Shown: positions 1 to 12,200 of the stretch, one piece after another
How the letters are laid out: the number at the start of each line of letters is the position of its first letter
Position numbering within the stretch: the first letter of the stretch is position 1
From: Nemertoderma westbladi
Taxonomy: Eukaryota; Animalia; Xenacoelomorpha
DNA length: 64,000 bases
NCBI GenBank assembly: GCA_032718475.1
Contig: JAUCBJ010006359.1
Coordinates: 25,571-89,570 of the forward strand
Reading direction: 5' to 3'
Translations under genes and position numbers: made by a program
The notes under the pieces: model-generated
Told to the model about the DNA's origin: nothing
The model's database searches: none
The model's input: the letters and a program-made list of their open reading frames with translations, nothing else

Positions 1-378
1 AGTTTGCCTATTCTGTCTGACTAATCTCAGTTTGACTATTCTGTCTGACTATTCTCAGTTTGCCTATTCTGTCTGACTATTCTCAGTTTGACTATTCTGT
101 CTGACTAATCTCAGTTTGACTATTCTGTCTGACTAATCTCAGTTTGACTATTCTGTCTGACTATTCTCAGTTTGACTATTCTGTCTGACTAATCTCAGTT
201 TGACTATTCTGTCTGACTAATCTCAGTTTGACTATTCTGTCTGACTATTCTCAGTTTGACTATTCTGTCTGACTAATCTCAGTTTGACTATTCTGTCTGA
301 CTATTCTCAGTTTGACTATTCTGTCTGACTAATCTCAGTTTGACTATTCTGTCTGACTATTCTCAGTTTGACTATTCT
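1..378. repeat. 28-bp tandem repeat (AGTTTGACTATTCTGTCTGACTA(A/T)TCTC), truncated by the window edge
   Basis: About 13 near-identical units read directly. Confidence 0.95.
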
Positions 379-398
379 ATCTGCTCAGTTCACCCAAA

Positions 399-1655
399 TG
401 TATTGGTCCGCTCACACAACTTTATATGTCCGCTCTCACAACTGTATTGGTCCACTCACACAACTGTATATGTCCGCTCACACAACTGTATATGTCCGCT
501 CACACAACTGTATTGGTCCACTCACATAACTGTATATGTCCGCTCACACAACTGTATATGTCCGCTCACACAACTGTATATGTCCGCTCACACAACTGTA
601 TTGGTCCACTCACACAACTGTATATGTCCGCTCACACAACTGTATTGGTCCACTCACACAACTGTATATGTCCGCTCACACAACTATATATGTCCGCTCA
701 CACAACTGTATTGGTCCACTCACACAACTATATATGTCCGCTCACACAACTGTATATGTCCGCTCACACAACTGTATATGTCCGCTCACACAACTGTATT
801 GGTCCACTCACACAACTGTATATGTCCGCTCACACAACTGTATTGGTCCACTCAAACAACTGTATATGTCCGCTCACACAACTGTATATGTCCGCTCACA
901 CAACTATATATGTCCGCTCACACAACTGTATATGTCCGCTCACACAACTGTATATGTCCGCTCACACAACTGTATTGGTCCACTCACACAACTGTATATG
1001 TCCGCTCACACAACTGTATTGGTCCACTCAAACAACTGTATATGTCCGCTCACACAACTGTATATGTCCGCTCACACAACTGTATATGTCCGCTCACACA
1101 AATTTATATGTCCGCTCGCACAACTTTATATGTCCGCTCACACAACTTTATATGTCCGCTCACACAACTGTATATGTCCGCTCACACAACTGTATATGTC
1201 CGCTCACACAACTGTATTGGTCCACTCACACAACTGTATATGTCCGCTCACACAACTGTATTGGTCCACTCACACAACTGTATATGTCCGCTCACACAAC
1301 TATATATGTCCGCTCACACAACTGTATTGGTCCACTCACACAACTATATATGTCCGCTCACACAACTGTATATGTCCGCTCACACAACTGTATATGTCCG
1401 CTCACACAACTGTATTGGGCCACTCACACAACTGTATATGTCCGCTCACACAACTGTATTGGTCCACTCAAACAACTGTATATGTCCGCTCACACAACTA
1501 TATATGTCCGCTCACACAACTGTATTGGTCCACTCACACAACTATATATGTCCGCTCACACAACTGTATATGTCCGCTCGCACAACTTTATATGTCCGCT
1601 CACACAACTTTATATGTCCGCTCACACAACTTTATATGTCAGGTCACACAACTTT
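399..1655. repeat. 22-bp minisatellite (TGTATATGTCCGCTCACACAAC / TGTATTGGTCCACTCACACAAC)
   Basis: Two interleaved unit variants; explains the 22-aa periodic ORFs in all three plus frames. Confidence 0.95.
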
Positions 1656-2782
1656 CAACTTCATAAGTCAGGCTCACAAATAGATTGGGTATGCTTACTG
1701 TGAAAGAGGATCAACTTCAAATCTTGTCAGACATCGAAAAACTTACTAGACCTCGAAATCAGATTCCCTATTTCTATTTGCTGGTTTGGAAAGAGTAATG
1801 TGTCATAGCTGGTAGGGCCTACTGCCTTGTGAGAAGTAAATAAAATACATATAAAGATCTTTACTGCATAATATTACTATTTTATCTCATATTATATCTG
1901 AAATTCATTTAAAGTGATATATTCAAGAGTGATTTATGTTCAGAATGTCCAGTTTTGTCCAAGTCACTGAATTAAATTATAAAGTTGAAGAATAAGTACG
2001 TAATAGTACGGTGTAACTGGTGCAAAATCGTCGGAGATACTTTTCTCAAACACTTGTGGCTAAAGAATGAAAGCGAAATTAAAAATTTTACTCACCCAGT
2101 AAAGAGGAGGGAGGTGAAACTAACTCTGTTTCAATCTCATAAGGATTGTAGAATAATTTGGGGAAAAGTTTGTTATATTTGTTATAATGACACTATATTC
2201 TGTGTGGTGTTGTCACGTACATGCGACGCTTTGCCTGTAGATATAAACTAATTACTTCCTTGATGTGTTGGGTTTTAATTAGTGTTCTATGCGGGAGTTA
2301 GCGATGCCACATTGTAATTGTTTTCAAACGGATATTTAATATATTACATGACGTATATACCTTTCGCCATTCGTTATTCAAAAGCGAAAGTTTCAAATCC
2401 TATTTCGGACATTACCACACTGGAAGAACCTTAAGAAAATAATAACATCCGGTGGTTATGATAATAATTTCACGAAATTTCTTGATTAGAGAAGATGATA
2501 ACTTAGGGTTATTGTTACATGAGTTTTGATTATAACATAATAGATCTTTGTTTTTAATTATATTATTTATATTATTATATTATTTATTAGAGCTCATACA
2601 CAATTCATTTCAATTTAACGCCAATTCAATTGTGTTTTAATGAGGGTTTGACAAACTAATAAAAAAAAAAACCTCTCTAAACCTACCCTAACCTTAAAAT
2701 AAAATTATCGACCAATAGTCGCTTGTAATTTACTGTGAGGGTGTATATATAACGGAAAACTAATGGCTTTGTGATTATTTAC

Positions 2783-2951
2783 CTTTTTGGGACTCCCCTG
2801 GGTCGCTTAGAGATTGGGCGAGTTGTGTTGTAGGCCGGGTCACATCGTTGAGGCCGTGCGACGCGGCCGACGCCTGACTTAGGTGCTTCCGACGGAACGA
2901 CAACGGCGAGTCCAACGGGGCGTCGGTTTCCGGCAAATCGTGAACAAACAG
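2783..2951 (-). CDS. WDR59: Probable coding exon following the WDR59-like WD40 exon (LFVHDLPETD...PGESQK)
   Basis: 169-nt GC-rich open exon with a strong acceptor (T9CTTTAG|) and donor (AG|GTAAAT). Its phase-0 start matches the phase-0 end of exon 29550-29798. Assignment to WDR59 is by phase and position only. Confidence 0.6.
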
Positions 2952-3858
2952 CTAAAGAAAAAAAAAATTATTAAAGTGAAAAAAAAAATACACAACTGAC
3001 AAGTTATTTACTATTTACATCATGGTGTGAAAAGCAGCACTTTTCATCTTTATGACCCCTAGTGAATTTTATGTACCGAGCGAGCGCAGCGAGGGAGGTT
3101 TACATAAATATACGATGGTCATAAACGCTGAATAGTGTTTTTTTTCATAAAATAATGTCCAAAATTTTATTACATTATGTCAACTTATCGCGGTTCTGAA
3201 TGCTTAATTAAACACTCTAATTAGTGGAGTGGCTTAACGACATAAAAAGGTGAAATTATGACAAAAGTGTTGGCATTCGTTCGTGGGTTGGTATATAGAT
3301 GACAAAAGGCCCAGGCTGCAAAGATCTTACCATATCATATCATATCATATATTATATTTAATTCGGACAGAGCCGACATAAATCATTGATTATAAATATT
3401 AAATAAAACGGAAAGAAGGTATCAGGTTAAAATTGCCCAAACAGAGATATTAAAACATACAAAGCAAGGTTAAATTTTATATGGGGCTAAAATACGGCAC
3501 AAATAACTATTTAAAGATGGTACTTGATGGAAAAATCGAGATTCAAGCAAGGTTAAAATTATATCAGGCTAAAACCAGTTGTTAAGTGACGGAAGAGGCA
3601 GGTAAGGAAGGCATAGGTCAAGGAAGCAAGTGTGTGAAGCACTGTATGATACGCAGGAAGTCAAATAGGTAAGGAGGCCCGTTTATATACGGGACTCCTT
3701 TTATATATATATGTTTAGATACCGAAGTAACTGCAAATTCTTTCCCGTTTGATACTGAAAGGCAGTGGATGATTGTAGACTGTCCGGATAAAATCTAGAG
3801 TCATTTGTTCCTTCATGGTAAGCGCTGACTGGCCGCCTAACCTAGCATCTAGGTTTTC

Positions 3859-4209
3859 TTATAGGTAATATTTGTAAGTCATTAGAGAATACACTGATGG
3901 CACGGGGTGGAGCTTTCTGCACATTTGGTGAGTTGAAAAGAGTCCTGTATATTTCCTACCGCTCAGATTGCACGACACCTTCTGTAGAAAGCTCTGAACC
4001 AGTTCATTGGGGCATGTAGCTGTACGGATCAGGGTGCCAATATTGCTTAGAGTTCGTGTGATAATGGTCGATAATTCGTAGAGTGTTCTATTTGTGACAT
4101 AATTTCCTTGGTATACCATCTTGCGTAGTGACATTCTGTAAGCTGCATCAACGTTGTCGAATTCAGTAGGTGACATGCAGCTCCCAGACATAAACCTTGT
4201 GTAGTACAA
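3859..4209 (-). pseudogene. Non-LTR retrotransposon (RTE-like) C-terminal fragment
   Basis: YRMSLRKMV..VTNRTLYE resembles the post-RT region of LINE ORF2; fragmentary. Confidence 0.45.
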
Positions 4210-4466
4210 GATGGAAGGAAGAGCTACAGCGCGCCATATTATTATTATTATTACTATTTATTTCGTACACTGGCATGCAGCCAGGAACAGAGTAAGTAAA
4301 GAGAGGAGACAAAAACCACAAAATAATACATAGATAATACAGAGAAGGCAAAGACAATATATAACTAAATAATACACGATAAACAGATAGTGACATGATA
4401 ATCTACAAAATAAAATATGGAAATACAATTAATTAATTAGTACGTAGTGACATACACCAATAAATC

Positions 4467-4804
4467 TGTAATATTATGGGTTTGTTCAGTGGAAAAAATT
4501 AGAAAGCGCGTCACCGGGGGTTGAACCAGCGCTATACGTACGTTTCGGCCTAACAGGCCTCATACAGGCCTAACCAGCTCGCCACTTGCCCCTGACACTC
4601 ACACTCCCACCTAATCCACTTCTATTGAATGGGAAGTCTAAGTTGCATATATTATATCTCTAACAGCGGTCCTACCGGCCTCAAGTACGCTAGAGTGAAA
4701 CAGGAGGGAAGTACAAATAAATAAATATTCAGCTCGGTATTGCTGCCAGGTGATATTAATTAAATAAATATTTTTCCACTTCTGAACAAACCCATAATAT
4801 TACA
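4467..4804. mobile_element. 338-bp TGTA...TACA element with ~31-bp inverted termini and an internal tRNA-like A/B box (solo LTR or MITE)
   Basis: TGTAATATTATGGGTTTGTTCAGTGGAAAAA versus TTTTTCCAC(TTC)TGAACAAACCCATAATATTACA. Minus strand has A box GTGGCGAGCTGGTTA (4571-4585), B box GGTTCAACCCC (4517-4527) and T6 (4493-4498). Confidence 0.7.
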
Positions 4805-4842
4805 CCTTTAATTAATTACAGTTGCAACAGCTCATCTCCAAT

Positions 4843-5730
4843 TTATTTAACCAATAAATCTGACATTTCTGATTTTGAAAAACCCGGAAGTTCAAAAGTG
4901 TCGAACTTCAAACAATTTACGAGTTCCCTAGCACAATTAACTCGCCAATATTCTGATTCTTCTACATAAACATATCGTAAAGAATTAATCTCCTCATTGC
5001 TTAAGTTGTTAATATTAAGATTCAACATAAGAACCCAAGTGTGTCAGGGTGAAGGTATTGCACGGTCCACCCTTTGCGCACAAAGGCCTCTGGCTCTGAG
5101 ATACCCGTATGATCCCTTTTCCTTTTACTTTGGCCATGTCAGTTTGGAGTCTCGATTTTGTATCAGATGAGCTCGGATTTAGACATGTTGTCAAACTTCG
5201 GGAGGATTTGCTGGAGGTAAAATTGAAAAACGCACATTTTGTCTTATCGGCTTCAAATGACAAACCAATTGAACCAAATATTCCTTACTTAGAATGGCAA
5301 CCATGCAATCTAACTCCTCACGAGATCTTGCAAATAATATAACATTATCGAAAGCTCCCTGAATATCGAGTTGGCACATATGCACATCTTGTCTTCTTTC
5401 ACAAGGCTTTTCCAATAATTCTAGATTTATGGCCGTAATGATATCAGCTCCGAACTTCTTCGGGTATGCTAATTGATTTGACTCCTCAGTAGACTCCTGA
5501 GTAGACCACTCAGTGCGAGGCTTAGACATGTGGTCATAAAGGTTATTGATGTCTGTTTCCACTTGTTCCTTGTAACTTTTAAGGTGTAGTGATGTAGTTT
5601 TGTTCCAGGCTGTCCTTCTTCTTTGTGGTTGTGTCTTACTTGCTTTACTACTTTGACTTTTGAAAGCAGCAGATACTGACGGTGTTCCGATCTGAACACA
5701 CGATTTCACCCTCCTCAGCCACCCTACCAT
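4843..5730 (-). pseudogene. Degenerate, internally deleted LINE reverse transcriptase
   Basis: LDIQGAFDNV RT motif, then ILFARSREEL and FEADKTKC-like motifs split over frames; the YADD motif is missing. Confidence 0.65.
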
Positions 5731-6202
5731 TCACACACCAGCTGAGACTATTATATGATCGATGTATGTCATACATTTTCCCCTGAACAAATATATATGT
5801 ATAATAATAATATAATAATAATTAACACTTTAATTTCCATGGCACATTTCCTTAGCAACATGGATTTTACATAGCAACAAGATACTAACTAACTATTGGT
5901 ATTTTGTTCCCAAATTTTGAGAAAAAAAACTGTAGTCCGAAGACTATCGATTGACTAAACTATACATAGTTACCAATAGTATTTCCAGAGCAACGGAAAT
6001 TTGGTTAACAATTTAATAATTTTTTATTACCATTTTGGCTGGTACAATAATGGAGTCTCATTAACACAAATTCTATACTGGCTTCATTGTGCTACGGAAG
6101 TGCAATTTGAACAATCGATTATCTATGGGCATGAAGTAATACATTAATAATAATATAGTGTACAATATTTGCCTAAGACTAGGTTTAATAATGGAAGCAT
6201 AA

Positions 6203-9200
6203 GTGTTTGGAATGGGTGGGTGGTAGGATGAGAAAAAACGTGTAGGGAATGGGTGGGTGGAAGGATGAGAAAAAACGTGTTGGGAATGGGTGGGTGGTAG
6301 GATGAGAAAAAACGTGTTGGGAATAGGTGGGCCGAAGGATGAGAAAAACGTGTTGGGGATGGGTGGGTGGGAGGATGAGAAAAAACGTGTTGGGAATGGG
6401 TGGGCCGGAGGATGAGAAAACCGTGTTGGGAATGGGTGGGTTGGAGGATGAGAAAAAACGTGTTGGGCATGGGTGGGTGGGAGGATGAGAAAAAACGTGT
6501 TGGGAATGGGTGGGTTGGAGGATGAGAAAGACGTGTTGGGGATGGGTGGGTGGGAGGATGAGAAAAAACGTGTTGGGAATGGGTGGGTGGGAGGATGAGA
6601 AAAAACGTGTTGGGAATGGGTGGGCCGGAGGATGAGAAAACCGTGTTGGGAATGGGTGGGTTGGAGGATGAGAAAAAACGTGTTGGGCATGGGTGGGTGG
6701 GAGGATGAGAAAAAACGTGTTTGGAATGGGTGGGTGGTAGGATGAGAAAAAACGTGTTTGGAATGGGTGGGTGGTAGGATGAGAAAAAACGTGTTGGGAA
6801 TGGGTGGGTGGTAGGATGAGAAAAAACGTGTTGGGAATAGGTGAGCCGGAGGATGAGAAAAACGTGTTGGGGATGGGTGGGTGGGAGGATGCGAAAAAAC
6901 GTGTTGGGAATGGGTGGGCCGGAGGATGAGAAAACCGTGTTGGGAATGGGTGGGTTGGAGGATGAGAAAAAACGTGTTGGGCATGGGTGGGTGGGAGGAT
7001 GAGAAAAAACGTGTTGGGAATGGGTGGGTTGGAGGATGAGAAAAACGTGTTGGGGATGGCTGGGTTGGAGGATGAGAAAAAACGTGTTGGGAATGGGTGG
7101 GTTGGAGGATGAGAAGAACGTGTTGGGGATGGGCGGGTTGGAGGATGAGAAAAAACGTGTTGGGAATGGGTGGGTTGGAGGATGAGAAAAAACGTGTTGG
7201 GAATAGGTGGGCCGGAGGATGAGAAAATCGTGTTGGGGATGGATGGGTTGGAGGATGAGAAAAAACATGTTGGGAATGGGTGGGTTGGAGGATGAGTAAA
7301 AACGTGTTGGGAATGGGTGGGTGGGAGGATAAGAAAAAACGTGTTGGGCATGGGTGGGTGGGAGGATGAGAAAAAACGTGTTGGGAATGGGTGGGGAATG
7401 GAAGATGAGAAAAACGTGTTGGGGATGGGTGGGTTGGAGGATGAGAAAAAACGTGTTGGGAATGGGTGGGTGGGAGGATGAGAAAAACGTGTTGGGAATG
7501 GGTGGGTGGAAGGATGAGAAAAAACGTGTTGGGAATGGGTGGGTGGGAGGATGAGAAAAAACGTGTTGGGAATAGGTGGGCCGGAGGATGAGAAAACGTG
7601 TTGGGGATGGGTGGGTTGGAGGATGAGAAAAAAACGTGTTGGGAATGGGTGGGTGGGAGGATGAGAAAAAACGTGCTGTGAATGGGTGGGTGGGAGGATG
7701 AGAAAAAACGTGTTGTGAATGGCTGGGTTGGAGGATGAGAAAAAACGTGTTGGGAATGGGTGGGTTGGAGGATGAGAAAAACGTGTTGGGGATGGGCGGG
7801 TTGGAGGATGAGAAAAAACGTGTTGGGAATGGGTGGGTTGGAGGATGAGAAAAAACGTGTTGGGAATAGGTGGGCCGGAGGATGAGAAAATCGTGTTGGG
7901 CATGGGTGGGTGGGAGGATGAGAAAAAACGTGTTGGGAATGGGTGGGTTGGAGGATGAGAAAAAACGTGTTGGGAATGGGTGGGTTGGAGGATGAGAAAA
8001 AACGTGTTGGGAATGGGTCGGTTGGAGGATGAGAAAAAACGTGTTGGGGATGGGTGGGTGGAAGGTTGAGAAAAAACGTGTTGGGAATGGGTAGGTCGGT
8101 GGATGAGAAAAAACGTGCTGGGGATGGGTGGGTGGGAGGATGAGAAAAAACGTGTTGGGAATGGGTGGGCCGGAGGATGAGAAAAACGTGTTGGGGATGG
8201 GTGGGTTGGAGGATGAGAAAAAAACGTGTTGGGAATGGGTGGGTGGGAGGATGAGAAAAAAACGTGTTGGGAATGGGTGGGTGGGAGGATAAGAAAAAAC
8301 GTGTTGTGAATGGGTGGGTGGGAGGATGAGAAAAAACGTGTTGGGGATGGGTGGGTGGGAGGATGAGAAAAAAACGTGTTGGGAATGGGTGGGTGGGAGG
8401 ATAAGAAAAAACGTGTTGTGAATGGGTGGGTGGGAGGATGAGAAAAAACGTGTTGGGGATGGGTGGGCCGGAGGATGAGAAAAACGTGTTGGGGATGGGT
8501 GGGTGGGAGGATGAGAAAAACGTGTTGGGAATGGGTGGGTGGAAGGATGAGAAAAAACGTGTTGGGAATGGGTGGGTGGGAGGATGAGAAAAACGTGTTT
8601 GGGATGGGCGGGTTGGAGGATGAGAAAAAACGTGTTGGGAATGGGTGGGTTGGAGGATGAGAAAAAACGTGTTGGGAATGGGTGGGTGGGAGGATGAGAA
8701 AAAACGTGTTGGGGATGGGTGGGCCGGAGGATGAGAAAAACGTGTTGGGGATGGGTGGGTGGGAGGATGAGAAAAACGTGTTGGGAATGGGTGGGTGGAA
8801 GGATGAGAAAAAACGTGTTGGGAATGGGTGGGTGGGAGGATGAGAAAATCGTGTTGGGGATGGATGGGTTGGAGGATGAGAAAAAACATGTTGGGAATGG
8901 GTGGGTTGGAGGATGAGAAAAAACGTGTTGGGAATGGGTGGGTGGGAGGATGAGAAAAAACGTGTTGGGCATGGGTGGGTGGGAGGATGAGAAAAAACGT
9001 GTTGGGAATGGGTGGGTTGGAGGATGAGAAAAAACGTGTTGGGAATGGGTGGGTTGGAGGATGAGAAAAAACGTGTTGGGAATGGGTCGGTTGGAGGATG
9101 AGAAAAAACGTGTTGGGGATGGGTGGGTGGAAGGTTGAGAAAAAACGTGTTGGGAATGGGTAGGTCGGAGGATGAGAAAAAACGTGCTGGGGATGGGTGG

Positions 9201-12200
9201 GTGGGAGGATGAGAAAAAACGTGTTGGGAATGGGTGGGCCGGAGGATGAGAAAAACGTGTTGGGGATGGGTGGGTTGGAGGATGAGAAAAAAACGTGTTG
9301 GGAATGGGTGGGTGGGAGGATGAGAAAAAAACGTGTTGGGAATGGGTGGGTGGGAGGATAAGAAAAAACGTGTTGTGAATGGGTGGGTGGGAGGATGAGA
9401 AAAAACGTGTTGGGGATGGGTGGGTGGGAGGATGAGAAAAAAACGTGTTGGGAATGGGTGGGTGGGAGGATAAGAAAAAACGTGTTGTGAATGGGTGGGT
9501 GGGAGGATGAGAAAAACGTGTTGGGGATGGGCGGGTTGGAGGATGAGAAAAAACGTGTTGGGAATGGGTGGGTTGGAGGATGAGAAAAAACGTGTTGTGA
9601 ATGGGTGGGTGGGAGGATGAGAAAAAACGTGTTGGGGATGGGTGGGCCGGAGGATGAGAAAAACGTGTTGGGGATGGGTGGGTGGGAGGATGAGAAAAAC
9701 GTGTTGGGAATGGGTGGGTGGAAGGATGAGAAAAAACGTGTTGGGAATGGGTGGGTGGGAGGATGAGAAAATCGTGTTGGGGATGGATGGGTTGGAGGAT
9801 GAGAAAAAACATGTTGGGAATGGGAGGGTTGGAGGATGAGAAAAAACGTGTTGGGAATGGGTGGGTGGGAGGATGAGAAAAAACGTGTTGGGGATGGGTG
9901 GGCCGGAGGATGAGAAAAACGTGTTGGGGATGGGTGGGTGGGAGGATGAGAAAAAACGTGTTGGGAATGGGTGGGTTGGAGGATGAGAAAAAACGTGTTG
10001 GGAATGGGTGGGTGGGAGGATGAGAAAAAACGTGTTGGGGATGGGTGGGCCGGAGGATGAGAAAAACGTGTTGGGGATGGGTGGGTGGGAGGATGAGAAA
10101 AACGTGTTGGGAATGGGTGGGTGGAAGGATGAGAAAAAACGTGTTGGGAATGGGTGGGTGGGAGGATGAGAAAATCGTGTTGGGGATGGATGGGTTGGAG
10201 GATGAGAAAAAACATGTTGGGAATGGGTGGGTTGGAGGATGAGAAAAAACGTGTTGGGAATGGGTGGGTGGGAGGATGAGAAAAAACGTGTTGGGCATGG
10301 GTGGGTGGGAGGATGAGAAAAAACGTGTTGGGAATGGGTGGGTTGGAGGATGAGAAAAAACGTGTTGGGAATGGGTGGGTTGGAGGATGAGAAAAAACGT
10401 GTTGGGAATGGGTCGGTTGGAGGATGAGAAAAAACGTGTTGGGGATGGGTGGGTGGAAGGTTGAGAAAAAACGTGTTGGGAATGGGTAGGTCGGAGGATG
10501 AGAAAAAACGTGCTGGGGATGGGTGGGTGGGAGGATGAGAAAAAACGTGTTGGGAATGGGTGGGCCGGAGGATGAGAAAAACGTGTTGGGGATGGGTGGG
10601 TTGGAGGATGAGAAAAAAACGTGTTGGGAATGGGTGGATGGGAGGATGAGAAAAAAACGTGTTGGGAATGGGTGGGTGGGAGGATAAGAAAAAACGTGTT
10701 GTGAATGGGTGGGTGGGAGGATGAGAAAAAACGTGTTAGGGATGGGTGGGTGGGAGGATGAGAAAAAAACGTGTTGGGAATGGGTGGGTGGGAGGATAAG
10801 AAAAAACGTGTTGTGAATGGGTGGGTGGGAGGATGAGAAAAACGTGTTGGGGATGGGCGGGTTGGAGGATGAGAAAAAACGTGTTGGGAATGGGTGGGTT
10901 GGAGGATGAGAAAAAACGTGTTGTGAATGGGTGGGTGGGAGGATGAGAAAAAACGTGTTGGGGATGGGTGGGCCGGAGGATGAGAAAAACGTGTTGGGGA
11001 TGGGTGGGTGGGAGGAATGAGAAAAACGTGTTGGGAATGGGTGGGTGGAAGGATGAGAAAAAACGTGTTGGGAATGGGTGGGTGGGAGGATGAGAAAATC
11101 GTGTTGGGGATGGATGGGTTGGAGGATGAGAAAAAACATGTTGGGAATGGGAGGGTTGGAGGATGAGAAAAAACGTGTTGGGAATGGGTGGGTGGGAGGA
11201 TGAGAAAAAACGTGTTGGGGATGGGTGGGCCGGAGGATGAGAAAAACGTGTTGGGGATGGGTGGGTGGGAGGATGAGAAAAACGTGTTGGGAATGGGTGG
11301 GTGGAAGGATGAGAAAAAACGTTTTGGGAATGGGTGGGTGGGAGGATGAGAAAAAACGTGTTGGGCATGGGTGGGTGGGAGGATGAGAAAAAACGTGTTG
11401 GGAATGGGTGGGTTGGAGGATGAGAAAAAACGTGTTGGGAATGGGTGGGTTGGAGGATGAGAAAAAACGTGTTGGGAATGGGTCGGTTGGAGGATGAGAA
11501 AAAACGTGTTGGGGATGGGTGGGTGGAAGGTTGAGAAAAAACGTGTTGGGAATGGGTAGGTCGGAGGATGAGAAAAAACGTGCTGGGGATGGGTGGGTGG
11601 GAGGATGAGAAAAAACGTGTTGGGAATGGGTGGGCCGGAGGATGAGAAAAACGTTTTGGGGATGGGTGGGTTGGAGGATGAGAAAAAAACGTGTTGGGAA
11701 TGGGTGGGTGGGAGGATGAGAAAAAACGTGTTGGGAATGGGTGGGTGGGAGGATAAGAAAAAACGTGTTGTGAATGGGTGGGTGGGAGGATGAGAAAAAA
11801 CGTGTTGGGGATGGGGGGTGGGAGGATGAGAAAAAAACGTGTTGGGAATGGGTGGGTGGGAGGATAAGAAAAAACGTGTTGTGAATGGGTGGGTGGGAGG
11901 ATGAGAAAAAACGTGTTGGGGATGGGTGGGCCGGAGGATGAGAAAAACGTGTTGGGGATGGGTGGGTGGGAGGATGAGAAAAACGTGTTGGGAATGGGTG
12001 GGTGGAAGGATGAGAAAAAACGTGTTGGGAATGGGTGGGTGGGAGGATGAGAAAAAACGTGTTGGGAATAGGTGGGCCGGAGGATGAGAAAACGTGTTGG
12101 GGATGGGTGGGTTGGAGGATGAGAAAAAAACGTGTTGGGAATGGGTGGGTGGGAGGATGAGAAAAAACGTGCTGTGAATGGGTGGGTGGGAGGATGAGAA

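Noticed and set aside
340-1703. Cys/His-rich 376-447 aa ORFs
   Set aside because: 22-bp minisatellite read in three frames; not zinc fingers.
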